From Alphaproteobacteria bacterium (GTDB lineage Bacteria > Pseudomonadota > Alphaproteobacteria > RF32 > CAG-239), in contig JAZODJ010000026.1 of assembly GCA_045597005.1 (NCBI GenBank), positions 60,263 to 124,262 on the forward strand: DNA of 64,000 bases, given 5' to 3'. Positions within the stretch are counted from its first letter, which is position 1. Each line of letters opens with the position of its first letter. Under the pieces are notes generated by a model. The model searched no databases. It worked only from the letters and a program-made list of their open reading frames with translations, and was not told the DNA's origin. This document shows, piece after piece, positions 9,884 to 17,880 of the stretch. Position numbers and translations under genes: made by a program.

Positions 9884-11254
9884 TTATTCAATAAATCTTT
9901 CGTATATTGTATTGTATATTTTTTTATAAAAAGGCTCCTTTATTAACTCAAAATTATTTTTATCAAAACTGTAAAAAACATTTCCCTGATATTTATTTGT
10001 AATAATCTCACCACAACAATTTTTAATAATCAAATTATTATCCTCAGTTGCTTGCAACAATCCGAATTTTTTACATTTCTCCAAACTCAAAATTCCGCTT
10101 GCTCCATATGCAACCTCGATATGCTCTATTGAAGATTCGTCAAAAATCATATTACCGCTATAATATTTACCTATTGTTACATTTCTCAAACTTCCGGAAA
10201 ACGATGCATCAACCTTCCCTGACATCTTTCGTCCTATTTCCAAAGTTTCAATACTATCATCACCCGTAATATTCAAACTTCCTCCGAAATCATCTCCGAT
10301 AGCAAGTTTACGTACTCCCAATATATTATTATAATTGTTTACTTTAACGGTTCCCTTACAATCATCCCCTATTTTCAAAACATCGACACTCTGATTGGTT
10401 GCATAAAAAACACCCCTAAAAGAATCCCCTACAACAATATCTTTTTTCAAAATATTATTAGACAACATAATATCTGCATACGAATAATACCCTATTCCCA
10501 ATGCATATAGACAACTATTACTTATACTTAAATTACCACTATAAATATCCGCTATTTGTAAATTAAAACATTTTTTTGAATCGGAAATACTCAAATTACA
10601 ACGACAATTATTAGCAATAAAAATACTTGCGACAGTTGTTCTTGATAAATTTACCGTACCGGAAAATCTCTCTCCGATAATCAAACTGTCAATATTTTGA
10701 TTATCACGCAAATCCAGATTAATGCTACAGTCTTCATCAATAATAATTCGCGACACTTTTGCATTTGACAACACATAAGAACAATCTCTTGTTCCGGCAG
10801 GAATTCGGATACTGCGAGCTGACAGCTTAACCACATACACTTTTGCAAAATCTATTCCTGAAGCTATTTTTCGTTTAAGCTGTTTTTCAGATAAATATTC
10901 TTCCCGTCCATCAAGATATTTTATTGTCGAAACACCTAAAACATTTGCCACATCTTTGGAAATAGAACATTTTTTTGCACGAATAAACGATACTAAATAC
11001 CCTTTTTCCAAATCAGACAATACTCCGTTTTCAGGTATTAAAACCTGACTGAAAACTTCTCTACATCCTTCTAGCGTTGCCAAAAGCTGATTTTGACGAT
11101 TTTTAAAAAACAGAGAACATTTATTTCCTTTTATTCTTACTATCCTATAATCTTTATTAATGTTATAAACAACAGCTTCATCGTTTTGTTCCGTCACTTT
11201 TTCTCTCCCTTTGTCCATATCATATATTAACTTTTTCCTATATAATATCGGCAT
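9884..11254 (-). CDS. Protein with a helix-turn-helix-like N-terminal module and C-terminal BspA/TpLRR-type leucine-rich repeats
   Basis: HTH-like segment SISKDVANVLGVSTIKYL. The C-terminus carries roughly 20-23-aa repeats of the form I..IG..F.G...L (for example LKIGDDCKGTVKV and LAIGDDFGGSLNI). Confidence 0.55.
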   Translation of the reverse strand: MPILYRKKLIYDMDKGREKVTEQNDEAVVYNINKDYRIVRIKGNKCSLFFKNRQNQLLATLEGCREVFSQVLIPENGVLSDLEKGYLVSFIRAKKCSISKDVANVLGVSTIKYLDGREEYLSEKQLKRKIASGIDFAKVYVVKLSARSIRIPAGTRDCSYVLSNAKVSRIIIDEDCSINLDLRDNQNIDSLIIGERFSGTVNLSRTTVASIFIANNCRCNLSISDSKKCFNLQIADIYSGNLSISNSCLYALGIGYYSYADIMLSNNILKKDIVVGDSFRGVFYATNQSVDVLKIGDDCKGTVKVNNYNNILGVRKLAIGDDFGGSLNITGDDSIETLEIGRKMSGKVDASFSGSLRNVTIGKYYSGNMIFDESSIEHIEVAYGASGILSLEKCKKFGLLQATEDNNLIIKNCCGEIITNKYQGNVFYSFDKNNFELIKEPFYKKIYNTIYERFIE

Positions 11255-11376
11255 CTTTTAATACTAGGTCTTTACGCAAAAAAATACTAAAACAAATTAG
11301 GCTTTTTATCTAATTGAAAAACACATCATATTGATTATCTGCTATATTGTATAAACAAAATCAAGGAGTTTTTATT

Positions 11377-11859
11377 ATGCAAAATCAAGTAACCGACACG
11401 CAAAAACGTTCTGCAACACCTCAACGTTTAAATGAACATAATTTCATCAGTTCTCTGTTTCATGCTTTAGAATTTCCTCAACATATGGAACCTAAAATTG
11501 AGGTTTCCGAAAACAAGAATAATGTAATGATAACAGCCGAATTGCCTGGTGTAGATGAAAAAGACATTGATTTAGAAATTTCTGCTAATGGCTATCTGAC
11601 CATCAGCGGTGAAAAAAGAAACGAACAAACCACCTCAACAAATGGTGGCTATTTTTCCGAAATATCATATGGACATGTCAGCCGAACAATACCACTGCCG
11701 TGGGATATAGAATATAATAAAGCAACCGCAAATTATAATAACGGAATTCTATCAATCACACTCCCCAAAAGCAACGCAGACAAAAACAAGCGTCAAAAAA
11801 TCAATATCAAAAAAACATCAACAAAGAAACGTAACAAAGCTCAAAATAAAAAAGTATAA
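11377..11859 (+). CDS. Small heat-shock protein, Hsp20/alpha-crystallin family, with a lysine-rich C-terminal tail
   Basis: Alpha-crystallin domain (ITAELPGVDEKDIDLEI...GILSITLPK). An AGGAG Shine-Dalgarno sequence precedes the ATG at 11377. The ORF track begins 30 nt earlier. Confidence 0.8.
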   Translation: MQNQVTDTQKRSATPQRLNEHNFISSLFHALEFPQHMEPKIEVSENKNNVMITAELPGVDEKDIDLEISANGYLTISGEKRNEQTTSTNGGYFSEISYGHVSRTIPLPWDIEYNKATANYNNGILSITLPKSNADKNKRQKINIKKTSTKKRNKAQNKKV

Positions 11860-11866
11860 TCAAAAA

Positions 11867-11897
11867 AACGCCGTCTTTATTCAAGCGGCGTTCTTTT
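11867..11897. terminator. Bidirectional rho-independent terminator
   Basis: aacgccg...cggcgtt hairpin followed by a T-run, between convergent genes. Confidence 0.6.
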
Positions 11898-12215
11898 TTA
11901 TCCTCTTTTAAGTTTATTTATTTTTAATTTTGACAATTCTAAGACAGTTTCAAAATTATCTTCCTCACAAACTTTGTTTCGTCGTTCGAAACCACATTTC
12001 ACACAACGATGCAAAATAATATATTTCCCATCTTTAAATTCCAAATCTATCGGTTTCATCAATCCGCCACATTCTTCTGCTCTGTCTCCCGGATTAATAT
12101 CAACATGCTTTGAATACAAGCAATTCGGACAATGGTTGGTATATCCGTTTCCTTTTACTTCCGCCCCGCAATTTTCACAAACAAAATCTTCTCTTTTTCT
12201 TTGAAATTGTCTCAT
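11898..12215 (-). CDS. RNHCP-domain zinc-ribbon protein
   Basis: Four CxxC pairs: CENCG, CPNC, CGG...C and CVKCG. Length about 105 aa. Confidence 0.65.
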   Translation of the reverse strand: MRQFQRKREDFVCENCGAEVKGNGYTNHCPNCLYSKHVDINPGDRAEECGGLMKPIDLEFKDGKYIILHRCVKCGFERRNKVCEEDNFETVLELSKLKINKLKRG

Positions 12216-12424
12216 TACTATTTCCTAAAAAGCATGATATTACTCTTTTTTTATAAATGTATTAACATATAATTAGCATACTTTCAAATAAAGTAAACAT
12301 ATAAAACTAACTATTTAATTTTTCAGAAAATTAGACGTAAAAAATATTTGATTTTTATAACAAAATAGATTACCATCGACCAATCATTAAAAATTATGTT
12401 GTCTAACTATTTATATTATAAATT

Positions 12425-12643
12425 ATGGAAAAAGTTATTGATTTTATTAATGAATTCTCTTGGAATTTTGTTATCCCGCTAATAATGTCTGTTGTAGGAA
12501 TTGTTTTTTTCGTTGTTATTTATAGTAAAGAAAACAAACGTATTAATAAACACAGAAAAGACATTCAACAACAAATTGTTAATGAGGAATTTGCAAAAAA
12601 ACTTGCAAACAAATATAAAGGCAATGAGGTAAATAACCATTAA
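12425..12643 (+). CDS. Small single-TM membrane protein
   Basis: ORF with one hydrophobic helix and a basic C-terminus. Confidence 0.4.
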   Translation: MEKVIDFINEFSWNFVIPLIMSVVGIVFFVVIYSKENKRINKHRKDIQQQIVNEEFAKKLANKYKGNEVNNH

Positions 12644-12655
12644 AAACTTTGCGTT

Positions 12656-13165
12656 ATGGAAATTTTTTTCATCAACTATGTAAATAGTTCAATGATACTA
12701 TTTACGATAACTCTTTGTTCGGCAATTTACTTTGGGGTCACTTATGACTTATGGAAGTTGTTAACAAATAGAAAGGATTTACAGGAACTAACTCCTAGAG
12801 CCGTAGATCTTTTTAAAGAGAGATATGGCAAAACTCCAAGTAAAGCAGACCTACCTGTAATTAGTATTTACGAAAGGCAAAGTGCATACCTTTATGCTAC
12901 ATCCGAAAAGGTGATTAATGCTTATAAGACGCAGCAGAATATAATTCGTTGGTTGATGTTGTGGTATCTTTGGCCTTTTCCTGTCGCTTTCATTGGAACA
13001 ACTATGACAATGATAAAATACGTAAGTTTCACACATCCATCATTTGTCGCTTGGTGTTTCTTTACAGCCATATGGACTATATTAGGCTTTGGTTTGATAG
13101 CAAAAGCATTAATAGCATCACGCATTGTAAAATTCGGTAAAAATGTTACCTACTTGAATTATTAA
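12656..13165 (+). CDS. Hypothetical polytopic membrane protein
   Basis: ORF of 169 aa with three or four hydrophobic segments. Confidence 0.45.
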   Translation: MEIFFINYVNSSMILFTITLCSAIYFGVTYDLWKLLTNRKDLQELTPRAVDLFKERYGKTPSKADLPVISIYERQSAYLYATSEKVINAYKTQQNIIRWLMLWYLWPFPVAFIGTTMTMIKYVSFTHPSFVAWCFFTAIWTILGFGLIAKALIASRIVKFGKNVTYLNY

Positions 13166-13189
13166 GTACAACAGTTTAACTTAATTAAA

Positions 13190-13217
13190 CCCCTCACAAT
13201 TTTAGTGTTGTGAGGGG
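13190..13217 (+). terminator. Stem-loop immediately after the membrane-protein ORF
   Basis: 10-bp perfect stem cccctcacaa/ttgtgagggg. Confidence 0.4.
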
Positions 13218-13305
13218 TAAACTTTATCTAAGATTTGTATTACACACCAATAAAAAAACGCTCAAAAAGAGTGTTTTTTTATAGTGAAAGCTATGCGCCT
13301 CCGCA

Positions 13306-13324
13306 CTGGTCGGGACTATAGGAT
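13306..13324 (-). repeat. 19-nt direct copy of the tRNA-Pro 3' end (AATCCTATAGTCCCGACCA)
   Basis: Exact match to positions 13486-13504 of the intact tRNA, located 162 bp away. Confidence 0.8.
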
Positions 13325-13459
13325 TACTCTGCGCTGACGCTTGAGTTGCACAGGCGCTCATCAGCTAAAGCTGACCGCGATACTCCCATCTCGCTTTCGT
13401 TGGTAGTCGAACCTACTTTCTCGTAGGTTCAAAACCAATTCCACAATCCAATAAAAAAA

Positions 13460-13483
13460 GACACCGCAAAGGTGTCTTTTTTT
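13460..13483. terminator. Bidirectional terminator that serves tRNA-Pro
   Basis: gacacc-gcaaa-ggtgtc hairpin flanked by A7 and T7 runs. Confidence 0.65.
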
Positions 13484-13485
13484 AT

Positions 13486-13562
13486 TGGTCGGGACTATAG
13501 GATTCGAACCTACGACATCTTGCTCCCAAAGCAAGCGCTCTACCAGGCTGAGCTAAGTCCCG
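13486..13562 (-). tRNA. tRNA-Pro(TGG), with the CCA end encoded
   Basis: Cloverleaf CGGGACT...GTAGGTTCGAATCCTAT...AGTCCCGACCA. The anticodon loop is cTTTGGGa. The C1:G72 pair is typical of bacterial tRNA-Pro. Confidence 0.85.
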
Positions 13563-13621
13563 CTTAACAGCAACAATAACTACCCTAATATTTTCATAAA
13601 AGCAAGCTTTTTTTTCAAAAT

Positions 13622-14908
13622 TTATAACATATTTTCCAATCTTTTTTTATCAGCACTGCTTATTTTTAACTTAAAGAAAATTAAATCATCATTTATTTCA
13701 CTACTTAATACTTCACAATTTCGATATATCCACGATATTTTTTTACCATCAGCAACACTGACTTTAATATCCGTAATTTCACTATTAATCGATAATTTGT
13801 CATCTATCAAAGACAAAAGCTTATCACAATTTTCTCCCGTAATTGCTGAAACTGCTATTTTTCCGGGCTTTAAGTTAATTAAAATGTCTTTCTTTTTATC
13901 TTCACTCAACTCATCTATTTTATTAAACACTTCAATATATCTGGGCGAATTTTCAAAATCATTAAATCCTAAATCTTCTAAAACTGTCAAAACATCTTTA
14001 CGCTGTTCTCTTGAATTTTCAGATGCAATATCTCGTATATGTACAATCAAATCAGCAGACATAACTTCTTCCAAAGTCGCTCTGAAAGACATCACTAATT
14101 CATGTGGTAAATCCGAAATAAATCCTACCGTATCAGACAAAATAACCTCTCTTCCGGAAGGAAGTTTTATCTTACGCATTGAAGGATCTAATGTTGCAAA
14201 CAGCAAATCTTTTGCAAAAACATTACTGTTTGATAATTTGTTAAACAATGTAGATTTTCCGGCATTTGTATACCCAACAAAAGCTACCGATGCATAAGGA
14301 ACTCTTTTTCTTGCCGATCGCTGAATTTGCCTCGTTTGTTTTACTTTTTCCAAATTTTGCTTAATCTTTAATATTTTTTCATCAATAATTCGACGATCCA
14401 ATTCTATCTGAGTTTCACCCGGACCACCCAAAAAACCGGCACCTCCACGTTGACGCTCCAAGTGCGTCCAACTTCTTACCAATCGACTGCGCTGATATGT
14501 AAGATGCGCCAACTCAACCTGCATTTTACCTTCTTTGGTTTTTGCTCTCTCCCCAAAAATTTCCAGTATCAACGCTGTTCGATCAATAACTTTAACTTGT
14601 AACTTTTTTTCTAAATTACGTTGCTGAATAGGTGTTAAAGATGTATCAAATACAATCAATTCGACATTCTGCAACTCAATTACATCTTTTAATCTGTCAA
14701 TAACACCTTGTCCGATCAATGTTGCCGGCTTTACATTGCGAACATTCACAATTTCTTTATAAACAACATCCAAATCTATCGCTATAGCTAAACCAATCGC
14801 CTCTCGCAATCTGGCCTCAGCCGAAAGCGAAACACCCTGCCCATAGACATCAGGGAACACGACCGCTGTCTTGGTCGCAATATTTTTATTAAATTCTACA
14901 AATGACAA
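13622..14908 (-). CDS. hflX: GTPase HflX
   Basis: G-domain motifs (GYTNAGKST, DTVGF, NKID) and the HflX N-terminal domain. Lies immediately downstream of hfq. Confidence 0.9.
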   Translation of the reverse strand: MSFVEFNKNIATKTAVVFPDVYGQGVSLSAEARLREAIGLAIAIDLDVVYKEIVNVRNVKPATLIGQGVIDRLKDVIELQNVELIVFDTSLTPIQQRNLEKKLQVKVIDRTALILEIFGERAKTKEGKMQVELAHLTYQRSRLVRSWTHLERQRGGAGFLGGPGETQIELDRRIIDEKILKIKQNLEKVKQTRQIQRSARKRVPYASVAFVGYTNAGKSTLFNKLSNSNVFAKDLLFATLDPSMRKIKLPSGREVILSDTVGFISDLPHELVMSFRATLEEVMSADLIVHIRDIASENSREQRKDVLTVLEDLGFNDFENSPRYIEVFNKIDELSEDKKKDILINLKPGKIAVSAITGENCDKLLSLIDDKLSINSEITDIKVSVADGKKISWIYRNCEVLSSEINDDLIFFKLKISSADKKRLENML

Positions 14909-14913
14909 TTTTA

Positions 14914-15120
14914 TTAAATTTCAACAGCTTCACCAGGCATAATTGTTGATATGGCGTGTTTGTAAACCAACTGAGTATGCCCGTCCCTACGCAACAACAA
15001 CATTGCATCATCAAAAAAAGTTATAATACCTTGCAATTTCACACCGTTTACTAAAAAAACAGTAACAGAAATTTCATCATTTTTTAATTTTTCCAGAAAA
15101 TCCGTTTTATTTTCACTCAT
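14914..15120 (-). CDS. hfq: RNA chaperone Hfq
   Basis: Sm-like motifs ([22 protein letters not shown]). 68 aa. Confidence 0.9.
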   Translation of the reverse strand: MSENKTDFLEKLKNDEISVTVFLVNGVKLQGIITFFDDAMLLLRRDGHTQLVYKHAISTIMPGEAVEI

Positions 15121-15192
15121 AGACGTTTCCTTTTTTTGTTATTATTTATAGAATATATACTAATAACATTTTTTTATTTATGTCAAAGACTT

Positions 15193-16548
15193 TTAACAAA
15201 AAATCTGTTCTGCCTGCTTAATCATTGAAGAATCAACATAAGCCAAAATTGTATCACCAACTTCTAATTTGGTTGTAATATTGGGAAAAATCAATTCATC
15301 CCCTCGCAACAACCCAATCACTCTACACATTTTTGGCAAATTCAGTTCTCCGATTTTTCTTCTTCCGCATGCTGTATTTTCATCCAACTTAACTTCCCAA
15401 ATTTCCCCCATTCCTCGAGCTATAGAATAAGCTTCTTGCAACCTAGCTTTTCGAATCTCTTTTAAGATTTTAGAAATTGTAATTGCACTTCTATCAACCA
15501 AAATATTGTCTGTAATATTAAACATCAGATTATTATATGATGGTGTATTAATAACGGATATTGTTGTCCCCACACCATTTTTAGAAGCTAACAATGAAGC
15601 CAACAAATTATCTTTATCATATTCCGTTAACGCAATCGCCGCATCAGCCGAACTTATATTAGCCTCTTTTAAAATAACATCACTCATCATTTCACCATGT
15701 ATCACAACTACTTGATTCAACTTTCGAGCCAACATCCGCGCTTTGTTTAAATCTTCTTCAATCAATCGACAAGAAACAACACTATCATCATTTTCTATCT
15801 GATTTCCCATATATTCAGAAATCTCATTTCCACCAAAAATAACCAATCGCTCATTTGCCGGTTTTTCTAAACCGAATTCCGATATAACATTATAAATTTC
15901 ATCAGCCTTAACTAAAACATTAATTTGATCATCTGCCTGCAATGTCTCATACATATCAGGTAAAAAACTTTTATTATTGCGAATAATATTAATAAACGTC
16001 ATATCTAATTCGCTGTTTTTTAACAATTCAGCCAACTGAACATTCAACAACGGACAATTTTCATTTACGTTTAATGTCAGAATATAATATTGTTCATTAA
16101 AAACCGGCAAAATTCCGGCACACCCCGGATATTGTAATATTTTCAAAATTTGTTCGGCAATATCAATTTCCGGTGAAATTAACAAATCTATGGGCAAATG
16201 CTTGTCATTATAAAGCATTCCCCACAAAGGATCTGTGAATGTTTGACTGTTAACACTGGCAATTTTTTTAGGAATTGCAAACAACGTATACGCTAACTGG
16301 CAAATAACCATATTTACCTCATCAACACCCGTAACAGCCACTATCATATCACAATCTTTTGCGCCGGCTTTTTCCAAAATATCCGGATGTGAAGGTTTCC
16401 CTTGAATTGGCAACACATCAAACTCCTTTGACAATTCATCCAAATCTCGCTGATTATTGTCAATTACCACAATATCGTTGTTACCTTTAACCAAATAACT
16501 TACAACACTTTTACCAACTTGTCCCGCACCGCAAACGATAATTTTCAT
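15193..16548 (-). CDS. trkA: Trk potassium-uptake system, NAD-binding protein TrkA
   Basis: Two Rossmann GxGxxG motifs (GAGQVGKS and GGNEISEY) and RCK_C domains. 451 aa. Confidence 0.85.
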   Translation of the reverse strand: MKIIVCGAGQVGKSVVSYLVKGNNDIVVIDNNQRDLDELSKEFDVLPIQGKPSHPDILEKAGAKDCDMIVAVTGVDEVNMVICQLAYTLFAIPKKIASVNSQTFTDPLWGMLYNDKHLPIDLLISPEIDIAEQILKILQYPGCAGILPVFNEQYYILTLNVNENCPLLNVQLAELLKNSELDMTFINIIRNNKSFLPDMYETLQADDQINVLVKADEIYNVISEFGLEKPANERLVIFGGNEISEYMGNQIENDDSVVSCRLIEEDLNKARMLARKLNQVVVIHGEMMSDVILKEANISSADAAIALTEYDKDNLLASLLASKNGVGTTISVINTPSYNNLMFNITDNILVDRSAITISKILKEIRKARLQEAYSIARGMGEIWEVKLDENTACGRRKIGELNLPKMCRVIGLLRGDELIFPNITTKLEVGDTILAYVDSSMIKQAEQIFC

Positions 16549-16549
16549 C

Positions 16550-17530
16550 TCAGTTTATCCCTTCTTGTTGCAAAATTACTTCATCAAAAAACGCATTTAT
16601 TTCCTCTAATGCACATTCCATATCATTAATTCTGACATATTTTTCTCTAAAACGTCTGGCATCTCTAAAATTTTTACAATACCAACAAACATATTTTCGA
16701 GATAATGCAAGCGCCAACTTTTTACCATAATAATCTTCTAACCAACTTATATGTTTCAGCAAAGTTTCTTTTATAAGGGTAATCGAAATATTTTTAGAAT
16801 ATTCACCATATTCTAAAAAATTATGAACCTGCGCAATTAACCAGGGTCTTCCCAATGTAGCACGCCCCAACATAACCCCGTCAACTTTAGTATAATCAAT
16901 CATTTCTTTTGCTTTTTCAGGAGTATCAATATCTCCATTACCGACAACAGGTATTTTAACAGCCTGTTTAACTTCTGCTATAATATCCCAATCCGCAATT
17001 CCCGCATAAAAATCCGATCTTGTTCTACCATGAACAGTTATATATTCAGCCCCGCAATTTTCACACATTTTTGCAAAATCAACAGCATTAATGCTATTAT
17101 GATCCCACCCTTTTCTAAATTTAACACTAACAGGAAGATTGGTATATTTTTTCACGGTTTCTATAATTTGTGCAGCTAACCTGGTATCTTTCATTAAATA
17201 AGAACCGGAATTATTAGATACAATTTTTTTTACGGGACACCCCATATTTATATCTATTGAAAAAGCTCCCAATTCTTCAGCTAATTTAGCCGCATCAGCA
17301 AACAACTCTGGCGTACTTCCGACCAATTGAACCACAACAGGATAATTTTCATCTCTGACATCTGCTATTTTATATGTTTTTGGATTTTTACGGGACAACG
17401 CATTTATTGCAACCATTTCCGAAACAATATTACCTCCACCGAAAGAATGAACCAATTTTCGCATGGGTTTATCTGTAATACCTGCCATCGGAGCCAAAAA
17501 AACTCTACTGTCTAATCCTTTTATAAACAT
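16550..17530 (-). CDS. dusB: tRNA-dihydrouridine synthase B
   Basis: Dus family TIM barrel (LAPMAGITD, INMGCP). 326 aa. Confidence 0.85.
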   Translation of the reverse strand: MFIKGLDSRVFLAPMAGITDKPMRKLVHSFGGGNIVSEMVAINALSRKNPKTYKIADVRDENYPVVVQLVGSTPELFADAAKLAEELGAFSIDINMGCPVKKIVSNNSGSYLMKDTRLAAQIIETVKKYTNLPVSVKFRKGWDHNSINAVDFAKMCENCGAEYITVHGRTRSDFYAGIADWDIIAEVKQAVKIPVVGNGDIDTPEKAKEMIDYTKVDGVMLGRATLGRPWLIAQVHNFLEYGEYSKNISITLIKETLLKHISWLEDYYGKKLALALSRKYVCWYCKNFRDARRFREKYVRINDMECALEEINAFFDEVILQQEGIN

Positions 17531-17866
17531 TTATACCTTAAAGTCAAATTCACGATTATTCTTAAATACTAATCCCTCAACAACTGTTGATGAATTATCA
17601 ACTTTACTGTTATTTTGATACGTTTCCGCTACATATTCGCTATTTGCAGGCACATTCTGTCCGATTAGCGAATAAGCTGCTTTTGCATCAACCAGATTAT
17701 AACTTTGATCCTCAACTGACGAAACCGTTCGCAAAGTAATTTCATAAACTTCCGCCCCAAACCTTGGCGTTTCACCTTGCTTTTTTTGCACAATTTTAGA
17801 AGCCAAACGTCCTATCTGTTTTTGCAAACTGTTTATATAGTCATTATTTACAGATGATTTTGTCAC
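17531..17866 (-). CDS. Hypothetical protein
   Basis: ORF of 111 aa wedged between the giant ORF and dusB. Confidence 0.45.
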   Translation of the reverse strand: MTKSSVNNDYINSLQKQIGRLASKIVQKKQGETPRFGAEVYEITLRTVSSVEDQSYNLVDAKAAYSLIGQNVPANSEYVAETYQNNSKVDNSSTVVEGLVFKNNREFDFKV

Positions 17867-17880
17867 GCCAAGTCAAACCC

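Noticed and set aside
13290-13486. Possibility that the GC-rich spacer next to tRNA-Pro is an alphaproteobacterial two-piece tmRNA (ssrA), a 4.5S RNA or an RNase P RNA
   Set aside because: No reading frame on either strand encodes an ANDN...(L/V)AA-type tag peptide followed by a stop. The conserved SRP domain IV and RNase P P4 sequences are absent. The tRNA-like pieces match tRNA-Pro rather than tRNA-Ala.
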